Below are positions 1 through 13,368 of a DNA stretch of 64,000 nt, one piece after another. A program made the position numbers and the translations under genes. Each line of letters opens with the position of its first letter. The stretch's first letter is position 1. The notes beneath the pieces are model-generated. The model worked only from the letters and a program-made list of their open reading frames with translations, did not search any database and was not told the origin of the DNA. Source of the DNA: Gracilinanus agilis (lineage: Eukaryota); contig NC_058135.1 of assembly GCF_016433145.1 (NCBI RefSeq), positions 279,249,876 through 279,313,875 on the forward strand. Direction: 5' to 3'.

Positions 1-486
1 GTCTGCTGTTTTGGTGTAGCATTTAGGGTAAACTGTGCTGAACATACAGCTTCTCTACACTTGCCCCATCTCAAGACTCAACATTTCCATCCAGATGAAA
101 GTAGGATAAATGATCACCAAACTTAACTCACATTCATGTACTCCAGATGATCCAGAGAACGAGCATTACTTCCATCACCTGCCTACATTGACTTTGCTCA
201 GGTTGCCCTCAAGTCATGAAACGCATTCCCTTTTGGCCTCTGCCTCCTGGAAGAGCTGGATTCCTTCTACGCTTATCTCAAGTGATCAGAAGCCTTTCCT
301 GATCTTCCCAGTTATTTATGTCCCAACTGAGCCCCCCCTCCCCATCCAATTTGTATTTACTTTATACTTGAAGAGATGTATCTCTGTGCATATTCTTTTG
401 TCCCAACAGAATGTATGGTCCTTTAAGGAAGGGAATGCTATTTAAAAAAAAATAAATGTATCCCTGATGCCTGGCACATAGTAGAT

Positions 487-600
487 TTTAAAATATATAT
501 TTAATATAATATTATAATATAGCTTATAATTATAGTATAATATTAATATAATAATATAATTAATATAATATAATATATATAAATAATAGCACTTAATAGA
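487..600. repeat. AT-rich low-complexity tract (others at 38868-38908, 44325-44375, 60514-60580)
   Basis: Direct reading. Confidence 0.9.
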
Positions 601-1046
601 TTTTTTTAATGAATGAAGGAATGGATAAAATGTTACACTGGTGAGATATATTATAATAATAAATTCTGTGTGGATAGCACATTGCATTAGTGTTTATTAA
701 AAGGTTTTATATGCATAAAACTCATCCATCTGTCCCAACAACTCTATGAGGTAGATAGAGAAGGTCTTCATTTCCCCACATTTGAGATGAAGGAATGGGG
801 TTGGGGAGATGAGATGACTTTCCCCAAACCAAGAAGCCAGGACTCCAACCAGTTCTTCAGATTCCAAGTCCAACTCTTGGCCTTTTGATGGTACAGGGCT
901 TTATGGACAGCTGCATATGCTTGAATCTTGAGTCTCTTTAGCACCAGATTGGGGAAACTCATTGGCTAACCACATACCCCACTACCCTCAATCTCTGCTC
1001 AGTGCTAGATATATGGGTTTAGTATATATTGGTTTCCCATAGTCCT

Positions 1047-1997
1047 CTAGGTACAGCTTTTTTGGGAAAAGAGAATTCTTGTCAGTACTCGTCTTAGGGC
1101 CCCCTTTACCTCACTATTCCTTAGTGTGTAGATCAGGGGATTGAGGAGAGGAGTACCTAGTGTGTAGATCAGTGAGAGCAACTGGTCCTTCTTGGGTGAG
1201 TAGCTGGAGCTTGGTCGAAGGTACATGAACATGCAGCAGCCATACTGTAGTAGGACTACCATGAGGTGGGAAGAACAGGTAGAGAAGGCCCGCCTGCGGC
1301 CTGATGATGAATGGATGCCCAATATTGTCATTGCAATGAAGGCATAGGAAACAGCAATAAGGAGGAAGGGGAAGGCAATGGCCAGTGTGCCTGCGACCAG
1401 CACTGAGAGCTCATGGAGGCGGCTATGGGAGCAAGTCAGACGCATTACAGGGGGCACATCACAGAAGAAGTGCTCGATCCCTTGAGAATGGCAGAAAGGT
1501 AAGCGAAAGATGAAGGCAACTAGCTGCAGTGAGAGGATGAAACCAATGGCCACAGAGGCCACCACCAAATTGACACAGAACTTCTGGGTCATGATCAAGG
1601 GGTACTGCAGGGGATAGCAGATCGCCACATAGCGGTCATAGGCCATAACAGCCAACAGGAAGCAGTCAGCACTACCAAGCCCAATGAAGAATAGCATCTG
1701 GGTAGCACAACCCAGCAAGGTGATGGTCCTATGCCTCTTCATGGTGTTTGCCAAGATGTGGGGAACTACTGTTGCAGTGTACCAGATCTCCACAATGGAG
1801 AGGCTGCCTAGTAGGTAGTACATAGGTGTGTGGAGACGGGCTTCCATTCGGATGGCAGCCACAATAAGGATATTTCCTGTGAGGATCATGGTGTAGACTA
1901 GACTGATCCCCAAGAAAACCAAGATCTGCTGCTCTGGGTGGGTAGGATAAGCAAGGAATACAAACTCTGTTGATAATGATTGGTTCACCCAAGTCAT
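1047..1997 (-). CDS. OR10W1: Olfactory receptor, OR10W1-like, intact (316 aa from ATG at 1997)
   Basis: OR motifs [47 protein letters not shown]-glycosylation sequon NQS. Sequence closely resembles human OR10W1 as I recall it (EFVFLAYP...[14 protein letters not shown]...LGTPLLNP). The ORF-track start at 2081 is GTG and lies upstream of a splice acceptor, so MTWVNQS is taken as the start. Confidence 0.92.
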   Translation of the reverse strand: MTWVNQSLSTEFVFLAYPTHPEQQILVFLGISLVYTMILTGNILIVAAIRMEARLHTPMYYLLGSLSIVEIWYTATVVPHILANTMKRHRTITLLGCATQMLFFIGLGSADCFLLAVMAYDRYVAICYPLQYPLIMTQKFCVNLVVASVAIGFILSLQLVAFIFRLPFCHSQGIEHFFCDVPPVMRLTCSHSRLHELSVLVAGTLAIAFPFLLIAVSYAFIAMTILGIHSSSGRRRAFSTCSSHLMVVLLQYGCCMFMYLRPSSSYSPKKDQLLSLIYTLGTPLLNPLIYTLRNSEVKGALRRVLTRILFSQKSCT

Positions 1998-2014
1998 TGA
2001 GGCACTGAGGTCCC

Positions 2015-2050
2015 CTGTGTAGTAAGAGATAAAAGGACAGAAGAAAGAAT
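2015..2050 (-). promoter_or_regulatory. Splice acceptor of OR10W1-like coding exon
   Basis: Minus strand reads ttctttcttctgtccttttatctcttactacacAG|GGGACCTCAGTGCCTCAATG, 17 nt before the ATG. Confidence 0.75.
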
Positions 2051-2589
2051 CAATCTGTGAATATATAGAGCTATACTGCACATTGTAGCTGTAGGTCTGC
2101 TCTAAACAGAGTTTCAGATTAGGGGAAAGATTGTGGTATAATTGAAAGTGCTAAATTTGGAAGCAAGGCTGGGGCTAAAATCCTACTTATGAGACATTTT
2201 GGGGTCCAAGGACAATTGTTTAGCATCTCTGAGCTTCAGTTTCTTAATCTGGAAAAATGGGATAATAATACTTACACTACATACTCATTGAATTGTGGTA
2301 AAGATCAATTGAGATCATGAATGTAAGGTCCTTTTCAGATATTAAAGTATATGTATTTTTAATGGTGATAGTAATGGAAATAGAAGAATGAGAGACAGCT
2401 TGGTGCAAGGTGGGGGCGGCAGGAAATCCACTGAATTTAGTGTCAGATGACTGACTTTTCTGTTATTTGTTACCTGTGTAACCTTGGGTGAATCATTCTC
2501 TCTCTTTATGCCAGTTTCCTCCTCTGTAAAATGGTGATTGGACTAGATGCTCTCCAAGACAGGGATCCCTAATCCATAGTTTGTGAATT

Positions 2590-2776
2590 AAAAAAAAAAC
2601 AACAACTCTTACCTTCTGTCTTAGAATTAGTTTTGGTTCCAAGACAGAATAGTGGTAGGGGCTAGGCATTGGGGTTAAGTGATTGCCCAGGTTTACACAG
2701 TTAGGAAGTGTCTGAGGCCAGATTTGAACTCAAGGCCTCCCATCTCTTGGGCTGGCTCTCAGTCACCTAGCTGCTC
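2590..2776 (-). mobile_element. SINE1_Mdo-like SINE
   Basis: Antisense of ggcagctaggtg...ggaaggtaaggg. Confidence 0.85.
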
Positions 2777-2789
2777 TTGTTCATGAATT

Positions 2790-2980
2790 AAAAAAAAACA
2801 CAACACCTTACTGTTCATCTTATAATCAATACTGTGTATTGGTTCCAAGGCAGAAGAACAGTAAGGGCTATATAATGGAGGTTAAGTGACTTGCCCAGGG
2901 TCACACAGGTAGGAAGTATTAGAGGTGAGATATGAACTCAGGACCTCCAGGCTCCTTGGCTCCCTATCCACTGAGCAACC
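2790..2980 (-). mobile_element. SINE1_Mdo-like SINE
   Basis: As above, tandem with the previous copy. Confidence 0.85.
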
Positions 2981-3646
2981 TAGCTATCTCTATTCATGAT
3001 TTTTTTAAAAAATTGATCATTGTATTTCAATATACTGTTTTTCCTTTGCAATTCTAGCATATTTAAAAACATTCTAAGAATGCCCTACAGACTTTCTCTG
3101 ATCACTAAAGGGATATATGACTCCAAAGGGTTAAGAACTCCTGCAAAGTCTTAGTTCTCTTTTTTTCCCCTCTAACTCCTATGATCTGGTTCTGTTTTGC
3201 CTGGCCCCAGCCATTAACACTAGTTATCCACTTGTTAGTAATACCCAGCCAAGTAATTGATAAAGTCTAGAAGAAAGAATGAAAGATGAAAAGAGGACAG
3301 GAGAAGTGGGAATGATTATGGGGAGAAGTCTGGGAGAATTTTCAGCTTCTCAGATGGTGAAGAAATGTGAACATTCCTTGACAAATCAGGATATGATATG
3401 GTGATGGTATTTCAGAATTGAGGGCACCTGAGAAGACAGCCTAAACTTTATATGAGCTAAATTCTATCTACGATGTCCCCAACAAATGGCCATTCATGCT
3501 TTGGAAGATTTCCAGTGAGCAGAAACCAGCATATCCTACTTTCAGACAGTTCTAATTGTTAGGAAATGAATACTTTAAAAATGTGATATCTTTCTTCCTT
3601 CATTGTCCAAAACCTGCTCCTAATGCTTGGATCAAGAAGTCAAGTC

Positions 3647-3738
3647 TCTCTGTCTCTGTCTCTGTCTCTGTCTCTGTCTCTCTCTCTTTGTCTCTCTGTC
3701 TCTGTCTCTCTCTGTCTCTCTGTCTCTGTCTCTGTCTC
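3647..3738. repeat. (TC)n/(TCTG)n microsatellite
   Basis: Direct reading. Confidence 0.97.
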
Positions 3739-4769
3739 CTTCCTTTTTATGAAAACCTTCCAAAGGCTTTTAGACCTTTCTCACATCTCTGAGAGTTCTA
3801 TTTTCTGGGATGTCCATCCCCATTTTTTTCAATAACTCCTCACATAACTTGGCCTCCAATCTGCTCATGCCATGGTCACCCTTTTTATCATGTGCTCCAC
3901 CTAGTAAGTTTCCTTCAGAATATATCATGTCCTAGATATAGGAATGTCCAGGAGGGGCAAGCATCTTCAGAGGCAGTTGCAAGAGACCCAAAGGAGCATA
4001 GCCATGATATGAGATCATGAAAAATATAAGGGGATGTTCTAGTAATGGAAAGGCAGGAACCAAGAAGGACAGGGAAGTCTTTGCTTCCTCACCTGGAACC
4101 TCATCTGCACTCAGTTTCCCCAACAACCTCAATTAAAAAACTTTGTAGGAACTATAGGAAGTAGAGGGCAATTTCTCCCCTTCCCTCTGGAAAGATCATT
4201 GGACAAGAAAACAAAGGACAAGGTTTTGACTCCTAGCTTTGTCACCTATTAGGAGATTTGGGGACCTCCTATGGGTCTCAGTTTTCTCATCTGAAAAATG
4301 AGTGCAGCGGAGCTCAGAATTCCCTGTTTTACACTTAAAGCCAATGTAACACGGTGCATAGTGGAAGCAAAGCAATGACTCTGGATCTATATTCTTCTAC
4401 TTATGTATTTGTGGGCTGGTCACTTAACCTATCTGAGTGTCAGAATGCAAAAGATGAAGTTGGATTGGATGGCCTCTGAGTCCCCTTTCATCTCAGATCT
4501 ATGATCCCTAATAGTCAAGAATGCTCTTAATTTAGCCCTTTAAAGAAGTGCTACTACTTCAAGGTATAAAAGGGGGTCATTGTTTTGTTATAATAGAGCA
4601 TGTCCATATTGGGACCCATAGATTAAAAGAGTAGGAGATAGAAGGGACCTTTGGAGGTTATTTGACTGAACACATTTTCCAGGTAAAACAACTATGGTCC
4701 AGAGAAGGGAAGGAAGTTGTGGATAGGAGAGCTGATATTTGGACCAAGGTCCTTTGACATTAGATTCAA

Positions 4770-5170
4770 GGTTCATTGTCTATATGATATTCTTGGTCTG
4801 GTGAGACGTAGTCTAGAGCATTGCATATACTTTTGGGCACCACCTTTTAGAGAAGGTATTGGTGAGTGGGAGTGTCTAGAGAAGGCTAACTAGGGGGATA
4901 AGGGAACTTAAGATTATACCCTAAGAGGACTACATGAAGAAACCAGTACTGTATAGTTGCCAAAGAAAAGACATGCTAGCTATATTACAAAATATTAGGG
5001 TCAGTCATTATGGAGAAAAATTAGACTCCCTAACAAGTAGAGCTATCTCAAAAGAGAGTAAGCTGCTTTTAGAGGTGATGGTGTCCTTCTTCCTGGAAGT
5101 TTGCCAGATTGTAAATTGTTTCAGATGTTGTAGAGGTAATTCTGTAAAGAGTTAGACTAGACAGCCTCTG
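4770..5170 (+). mobile_element. CR1/L3 3' fragment
   Basis: ttttgggcaccaccttttagagaagg...gtccttcttcctggaagtt. Confidence 0.7.
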
Positions 5171-5315
5171 TCCCATAAAAATGGGAAATATTATTACCCC
5201 AATGATCCTGGGACTGGAGTTGGGCAGGAAGATGCCATTTTAAGTATGGAGAAACTGAGGCATAGAATGAAATGTAATTCTAACCACAGTTTAGAATGAT
5301 ACACTGAGAGTCAAC

Positions 5316-5508
5316 TAGAGGGCTCAGTGGATTGAAAGCCAGACTTTGTTGATAGGGGAGGTCTTGGTTCAAATCTGGCCTCAGACATTTCCTAGCTTAA
5401 TCAGCCTGGGCTAGTCACTTAGACCCCATTACCTAGCCCTTGCTACTCTTCTGTCTTTGAACAAATACATAGTATTAATTCTAAGATGGAAGGGAAGGGT
5501 TTATAAAA
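5316..5508 (+). mobile_element. SINE1_Mdo-like SINE
   Basis: Consensus-like body. TSD agaatgata. Confidence 0.85.
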
Positions 5509-5841
5509 AGAATGATACTCTAAGATATGGAAACAGCCAAAATTCCTGACTCCTAGGTCATGATTCACTACTTACGCAAAGGTTTGGAACCTTTAAGATA
5601 TTGAAGTAGTCAAAAAAATGATAATTTAGGGAAATGCTATTAAAGACAGAGAACTGGATGAGCAGAACAGTGACATGACATGGGCTTTATTCTTAGTTCT
5701 GCTACTAATAAGCTTATATATATATAACTTTAGTCAAATTAATGCCTTCTCTTTCTCCATTTGGAAAATGAATCAGTTTGTATTAGATGATCTGGAATGT
5801 CCTTTTTAGCTTTCCCATTATATGACCTTATTGTCCTCCCC

Positions 5842-6312
5842 CCTTACCTCAGGGATATGTGGGTGCTGTAGCTCCTAGTTCTTCAGTTATATTTGCATGC
5901 TCATAACCAAGCCATCACACCAAATATCTGATGGGTAGCTCACATCTTTCCAGAGCATAGATCAAGGAGGAGGCAAATCTATAACCCAGAGAGCCCATTC
6001 AAAAGAGACAGACATTTATATAACCTTCTTAAACAAAAACTCAATTCTTCATTCTTTACTAACCAGGCAAGAATAAATTGTAATGGGTCTTAGGGTCTTG
6101 TATCCTCAGTCCTATCTCCCAGAGGTGAGCAATACGGCAAGAGCTGTTCTCCCCAGAGACTCTGTTGGGACATAATTGGCCCACAGTAGATATGTCCCTT
6201 CACTTGGGATCTCCATGTCTCTGGAAAATGAAGGAGACATCTCTGGAGAAGTAAGAGAAACTCTTAAACACTTTCACTGCCATGACATCATGAATTGTGC
6301 TCATGGTTGAAA
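5842..6312 (-). promoter_or_regulatory. Candidate OR10W1 promoter and non-coding first exon (module W1)
   Basis: Strong donor CTGAG|GTAAGG at 5847. Minus-strand TATATAAAT at 6014-6022. O/E(EBF)-like TCCCCAGAGA at 6150. Homeodomain TAATTG at 6173. Non-repeat sequence conserved with 13369-13757. Confidence 0.6.
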
Positions 6313-7024
6313 GTTCAAAATACATTGATGGGGAAATATTTGAAACATCTCCAACAAAGGCAGCTTAAGCCACTCCTTCCTTGGCTCTCCACTTTGCAAT
6401 TATATGCCATCAAAACTAAGAACTAAGAACAAGTAGATGAATGCTTATAAAAAATCTGAGTATAAAATTCCCAGATGAACAAACCAAGAAACAGAAATTT
6501 GAAATACCTCAATCTTGGATGTTTTGTAGCATATAATTTTGTGCTTCTCTAGGGCATGCTTAATTAAATGTTTTATACTATAGTTACTTGGGTTTACATC
6601 TTATCACCCTACTACCCTGCAGGCTCCATGAGAGATAAGACAAGGTTTTACTTAGACACTTTTCTTGTATCAAGTACAGTGAAATGTCCCCCTCCCCCCA
6701 CTCCCAGCAGCTAGCACCTGGGCCATGCAAATTACTTTGAAGCTTCTTAGGTCAGGGAGGTGCTTAGAAATACTGGAGAGAGAGTGGGACTTCTGATATT
6801 TTCTCTTTTTTCTGCTGTGAGGTCAAAAATGTCCTCCATCATCTTTACATTTATAATCATTCTCATAATGTTAATTTAAAGATTTGCATTTTTTCACTGT
6901 GGAGAACCCTTTCACTGTCATAGACTACAGAAAAAATTAGTAAATTTCTTAGAATTGCTGCAACTGGACATGAACCTCTGTTATTTTTAGGCTGATCTGG
7001 GCAACATACAATCTTTTATCACCT

Positions 7025-8045
7025 CAGTTGATAAATGGTCAAAAGATATAAGTGGGCAGTTTTCAGAGGAAGAAATCAAAGCTATCTATAGCCATATGAA
7101 AAATGCTCTAAATCACTCTTCACTAGAGAAACACAAACTAAAACAACTCTGAGGTACCACCTCACTCCTATCAAATTGGCTATTATGAAAGAAAAGAGAA
7201 ATTACAAGTGTTGGAGGGCATGCCAGAAAATTGGGTCACTAATGCACTGTTGGTGGAGTTGTGAACTGATCCAACCATTTTGGAGAGTAATTTAGAATTA
7301 TGCTCAAAGGGCTTAAAATTGTGCATACCTTTTAATCTAGCAATACCACCACTAAATCTGTGTACTAAAGAGATTAAAAACAAAAGAGAAAAGGCCCTAT
7401 CTGTCCAGAAATATTTACAACAGCTCTTTTTGTTATTGCAAAGAATTGGAAATTGAAGGAATGCCCATCAAAATTAGGGAATGCCTGAACAAACTGTGGT
7501 ATATGATTGCAATAAAATACTACTGGGCTATAAGAAATGAAGAATAAGATGATTTCAGAAAAACCTAGACAGACTTACATGAACTGATGCAGAGTGAAGT
7601 GAACAGAACCAGGAGAACATTGGACCTATAACAGCAATATTGTATGTTGAACCACGATGAATGACTTAGCAATTCTAGCAATTCCTAGCAATACAGTGAT
7701 CCATGACAATCCCAAAGGACTCATAATGGAAAATGTCATCTACCTCCAGAGAAAGAACTGATGGATTTTGAATGCAGACAAAAACATGCTATATTTCACT
7801 TTATTTCTCTACATTTTTTTGTTTGAGTTCTCTTCTACAAAATGACTTATGTGGAAAAATTTTTTAAAAAGATTGCATATGTAAAATCTACATTAGTTCC
7901 CTTATCATCTTGGAGAAGGAGGGCGGGAAGAGGGAGAGAATTTGAAAGTTAAAATTAAAAAATCCAAATGTTAAATTAAAATTGTTTTTGCATGTAATCG
8001 GGGAAAAATAAAATATTATTAAGAATCAAAATATAAAAAAAGAAA
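7025..8045 (+). mobile_element. L1 3' fragment (end of ORF2 plus 3' UTR)
   Basis: gataaatggtcaaaagat...cagttttcagaggaagaaatcaaa...ctctgaggtaccacctcac motifs and an A-rich tail. Confidence 0.9.
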
Positions 8046-8049
8046 TTAA

Positions 8050-8825
8050 TGCCAAGATCTGTCATTTTTACCCTTTTAACATCTATAATATTCTTACTTC
8101 TTTCTTCTGGCATTGTCACCATTCTAATGAGGGTTCTTATCTCACACCATGATTAGTGTAATAACCTGCCAGTGGGTCTGCCTTCTTCAAGGCTCTCCCT
8201 TCTCCAATCCATTCCCCATGCAGCCACTAAAGATTTTTTTTTGAAGATTTTTCTAAGATTCCTAAGATTTCTTAAGATCCAGCTCCAATCATACCACTCT
8301 CCCCCATTCAATATAAACTTAGTGGCCTTCTATTGTGTCTAGGAGCAAATATAAAATGCTTTGTTGGGCATTCAAAACTCTTCATGACTTAGCTCCCTCC
8401 TATTTTTCCAGCATTATCACACCTCATTTCCTGACATGTAATTGATCTAGTGACACTGGTCTTATGACTATTCCACAAAAGACACTACATCTCTCAACTC
8501 TGGGCATTATCTCTGGCTATCCCCCATGCCTGCAATGCTAATCCTCCTCCACACCAACTACTTACCTCCCTGTTTTCTTTTAAGTCCCAACTAAAATTCT
8601 GCCTTCTACAGAAAACCTTTCCAGTGCCTTCCCTCTTTCAATTATGTTTCCTATTTATTCTGTATATTAGTTTTCCTTGTATATATTTGTTTGCCTATTG
8701 TCTTCATTATTAGACTGTAAGCTCCTTGAGGTGAAAAACTGACTTTTGCCTCTTTTTGTATCCCCAGTACGTGGCACAGTGCCAAACATGGTAGGAACTT
8801 AAGAAATGTTTATGGATTGATTGGT
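8050..8825 (+). mobile_element. L2 3' end
   Basis: tccaatccattccccatgcagcc ... attagactgtaagctccttgag ... ggcacagtgcc ... aaatgtttat. Confidence 0.8.
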
Positions 8826-9317
8826 AAATGCATTTTTAATATAATTGAGTGATTTCTTTGGAGATATACTGAATAGGGAAGTATTTAGACTGTGACCTTA
8901 GTGGGTGGGACTATGAGCCAGGAGAATTATGAGTTATTGTTAGAGTACCTAAATAGCAATTCAGAACCCAACATGTACTATGCAATCCATAGAAACCGAG
9001 ATATCTGGTGCTTTCTATCCATTCACAGTTGGAAAGTGTGGTGGCATTGAAAGCTGTAAGTGCCACCCAGTGAAATCTGTAGATATAGCACTTTGAGCAG
9101 CTGCTCTAAGGGATACCACTCAGTTCTAGTTGAAACACTGTTCCCTTGCACCCCTAATTGTCCCCGTGTGTGGCAAAAAAAATAATAGATCTATAAGGAG
9201 TTGTATTCTTCAGTATAAACTGGAAGTTAGTGTGCATGTCTGAGAGTGTGTCAGTATCAGCAGTGAGTTAATAGCATCATCCATGTGCAGTTCTAATCAG
9301 ATATTGGGCAAATGCAA

Positions 9318-10082
9318 AGGGCTTTAAAAGACTGTCTACCCTTTGATCCAGCTATACCACTGCTGGGTTTATACCCCAAAGAGATCATAAGGAAAAAGAC
9401 TTGTACAAAAATATTTGTAGCCACACTCTTTGTGGTAGCAAAAAATCAGAAAATGAGGGAATGACCTTCGATTGGGGAATGGCTGAACAAATTGTGGTAT
9501 CTGTTGGTGATGGAATGATATTGTGCTGCAAAGAATGAGGAATTGGAGGAATTCCATGTGAACTGGAAAGACCTCCAGGAAGTGATGCAGAGTGAAAGGA
9601 GCAGAACCAGGAGAACCTTATGCACAGAGACGGATATACTGTGGTGCAATCGAATGTAACAGACTTCTGTACTAGCAGCAATGCAATGACCCAGGACAAT
9701 TCTGAGGGACTTATGAGAAAGAACGCAATCCACAACCAGAGAAAGAATGGTGGGAGCAGAAAAACAGAAGAAAAATAACTGCTTGTCCACATGGGACGAT
9801 GGGGATATGACTGGGGATGTAGACACTAAACCATCACCCTAGAGCAAATATCAAAATTATGGAAATAGGTCTTGATCAATGACACATGTAAAACCCAGTG
9901 GAATTGCACGTTGGCTATGGGAGGGGGGTAGAAGGAGGGGAGGGAAAGAACATGAATCATGTAGCCATGGAAAAATTTTCTTAATAAAAAATATTTAAAA
10001 AAAGAAACAAAAAGAGTAAAGAATCCAGGATGAGCTGAAATTCAACAAACACTTAATAAATTAATGCATTCTTTGAAAAAAA
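9318..10082 (+). mobile_element. 5'-truncated L1 (L1_Mdo-like) with 17-bp TSD
   Basis: ccctttgatccagctataccactgctggg... L1 3' end. TSD atattgggcaaatgcaa at 9301-9317 and 10083-10099. Confidence 0.92.
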
Positions 10083-11899
10083 ATATTGGGCAAATGCAAG
10101 TGAGTGTTTTTTCCCTTGGGTACCCTGGAGGATGAATAATATAGTGTGTACATGAATGAATTATGAATTTAAATGTGGATCCCCGAGTCAATGGCTGATG
10201 CAAAGTCTAATTTTATGGGACCCCTGAGAGTTGGACATTTATAATGGTCCTTTGAGATTCAGAGGTGAGTATATATTAAAGCATTTTGAAGCAAGCAAGA
10301 TTTTCCCATGGAACAACTGAGAGTCTTGTGTCAAAAGCTGTTCTCCATGCTGGTAGCTATTATCTAAGTTTCCAATGGGCTGAAGTCATGATTTTCTGCA
10401 AAGAGAAGAGAAATCCCATTGAGCAATTTGAGAATTTATTTTTTCAAATACTGTATTAATCCTTAAATTAAGGTCTTGATAGAGAGGCCCCAAACCCTGT
10501 TTATTAAAATTACTGTGTTGAAGTCTTAGACCTTAGGCACCACCCAGTCTACAGATTTTTTTTTTTGTCCTTAGGATGAAGATTTTCACAAACTTTTTAC
10601 AGACTTTCAAAAAGTCTGTGCAGAGAGGGATAAAAGAAAGAGAAGAATGAGAATGTGACTATATTAGATTACCTTATATTATGTTGGCACTGGATTCCAT
10701 CCAGTCCTAGGATGAGATGGGGAAAATGTGAATTATTATAACTAGGTGGTGCAGTGGAAAGAATATGAGAGTTGAGGGTCCTACATTTGAACTCCAGCTT
10801 TGCTACCTTTACTTGTATGATTTTGGACAAGTCACTTCTCTCTAAGCCTCAGTTTTTTCAGGCTATAAAACAAGTGGATTGAGTAAGACTACATTGAAAT
10901 TTCTGTCCATATCTTAATTTATTATCCGGGATTCTCTCTAAAATAAGGAGTTGGGGAATGGGTTAAAGGCTTCTAAGTCACATCCATGTCCAACCTTCTC
11001 TGATTTATAGGAAATAAGACATAGTGTTTGGGACGAGCCCCAAAACATAGAATAGTAGCATCTATTTCCCCCAGGGTTGCTGTGTGGCTCCGAGGAGATA
11101 ATATACATAAAAAGCAATCTGAAAACATTGACATGCTATGTAAATATTTCCTAATATTATATGATTATTTTTACTCTGAGTCTCCCATGCCAACTTTATC
11201 AGGAGTCACTTTTTTACTTGGATTACAATGTAATATGGTAGAGTGGCAGGATTGGTAGAATTCCCAGATCCTTCTTGGAAATCTAGCAACAAATTCCAAA
11301 AGCAGGTCTCCCTGATATCCCCAGTCCAAAGGACTGGAAATATATTCAAGTTCTGCTCATTAAAAATTCAACACTGGTCATATTCCAACCTATATTCTGG
11401 AACCAAAAGAAGAGCCTTGCAATCCAGACCTGGGCATAACGATCAAATGAGAGAATGCTGCTAACGTCTCCAAACTTCAAGCCGAGGCAGATATCTGTGT
11501 CAGCCATTAGGCTGTTTATTAGGAAGTGGACTTTGGTTGGATTTGGAGTATGTGTATATTGAGTAGTTGTTACCCAGACTCAAGAAAAAGGATCTAAGTT
11601 TTGAACCATCTTTAAGGAGGTCCAAATTTATGTTAACTTGTCCCTTTTGCCTATGCCTGTCATCTATAAAATGGCTTATGGAATACTTGATGGATCTAGA
11701 TTTCTTTACGAGTAGGGAAATGACATAATATTAACATTAGAGTCTGCTTGCCCTCCATATGTTTATAATCGGGTATGCTCATCTCTGTATCGGAATGAAG
11801 AACAATCAATCATCCCTTAGGTAAAACTGGAACTCTCCCAACATGGTGGATAATGGTAGATAACTCTCTCACTTGCTTTTTTATAGAGTACTTTCCGAT

Positions 11900-12170
11900 A
11901 AAAACAACAACAATAATAATAGTAATAGTAATAATATAGCACATACTATATACTAGTCACTGTGCTGTGTCTTTTACAAATATTTCATTTGATCCTTACA
12001 AGAACCCTGCAAGGTATGTGTTGCTATTAGCCCCATTTTACAGCTGAGGAAACTGAGGCCAATAGAAGTTAAGTCATTTAAATAATACCACATAACTAAG
12101 TGTCTAAGGCTTGTTTGGAACTCAGGTTTTCTTGACTCCAGACTAGCACTCTAACTACCTCACTCCCTAG
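11900..12170 (-). mobile_element. MIR/MAR1-type SINE (similar copies at 24090-24340, 35350-35600, 48030-48290, 57230-57440 and elsewhere)
   Basis: cccattttacagctgaggaaactgaggc core. Confidence 0.7.
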
Positions 12171-13368
12171 ATGCATCATCAAAGAGAGAATGGGGTTCAC
12201 CCGAACTTATGTAATAATGGGACCAATTCACACCTGCTTGTTAATGGAGGCATACTCACAACCTTAACACCCTATTAAAATACTACCTATTAGTGCATGA
12301 TTCCTTGCTCGGAGGCTTGGACACCAGCTTCATCAAGATCACTCTCCCACTTGAGTCACAATGTGGAGTGGTTCAATGAAGGCTCCAGAATCAGAAGACC
12401 TGAATTTAAATCCAATTCCATACATTTACTTCCTAGGTGACCTTGGGAAAATCATTAGCCTTCCTGGGCCTCAGTTTCCTCAAACTGTAAAAGAAGGGAT
12501 TAGTCTAGAAGTCTTCTAACATCTCTGAGACTTCTAAACCTATAAATTAGTGAGGAATTTTTGTATTCAATATCTCAAGCAAATAATTGAACCATGAGAC
12601 CATGATGGCTATCAAGCATCCCAAAGTCTTCATGGTGAAGAGACAGGTATCACTTGCCACATGCTAGAGGGGATCAAAGTAAGCACTCAAAAGTTATTGT
12701 GGAAGGGTAGATGTTCTTACTGGCCATTGTACTAAGGACTCAGAAAGCCCAGATTAGGGCATAGATGAGTATTCCATTTTCACCTTCGTGAAAAGATGAC
12801 ATATTTTTCAATTTACCCTCTCTAGTGTGTGTTCATGATAACTCTGGGTTACCTATTGCAGATGGCCAGGGTCATGCCTAGTCATTCAAGAACCAGTGGT
12901 ATTCCTGGCTTCTTTAGTCCTCCTCCCAAGTCCCAGATTCATACTCAGACCAATCCAACCCAAACCAGTAGCCCCTAAACTTTTCTTTCTTCTGGAAAGC
13001 TTGATTGGCAACTTCATTCCAAACATTATACTGTTATCTCCCCATATGCCAGTGACTAAAAAGCCTAGTCACATCACTTTCCCTTTTATCCCCATCTCCC
13101 ACCTGCTTCCATTTCTGTAACCTTGATTAAATGAACTCTGCCACAGTTTCTGGAGGGAGTGTGTCAATGGATTCTCCTTTCATCCATGCAATTTATGATG
13201 GCTGTTGGAAATACTACTCTCCTTCATGTGTTGAATCCCCTATCAAAATATAAGTTCCTTGAGGTTAGACCCAGCCTTTGCTTTTGTGTTTGTATCCCCA
13301 GTGTTAAGCATGATGTTTATCTCATAAAACACACTTCATAAATATTCATTCATTCATTCATATTTAGA

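Larger units (their letters stand above)
2559..3143. mobile_element. Old hAT-Charlie MITE split by two SINEs
   Basis: cagggatccct...ttaagaactcctg ends. Same family as 13964-14151 in reverse orientation. Confidence 0.55.

Noticed and set aside
1998-2081. 28-aa N-terminal extension of the OR10W1-like ORF
   Set aside because: It starts at GTG and runs through a polypyrimidine tract and acceptor AG, so it is intronic read-through.
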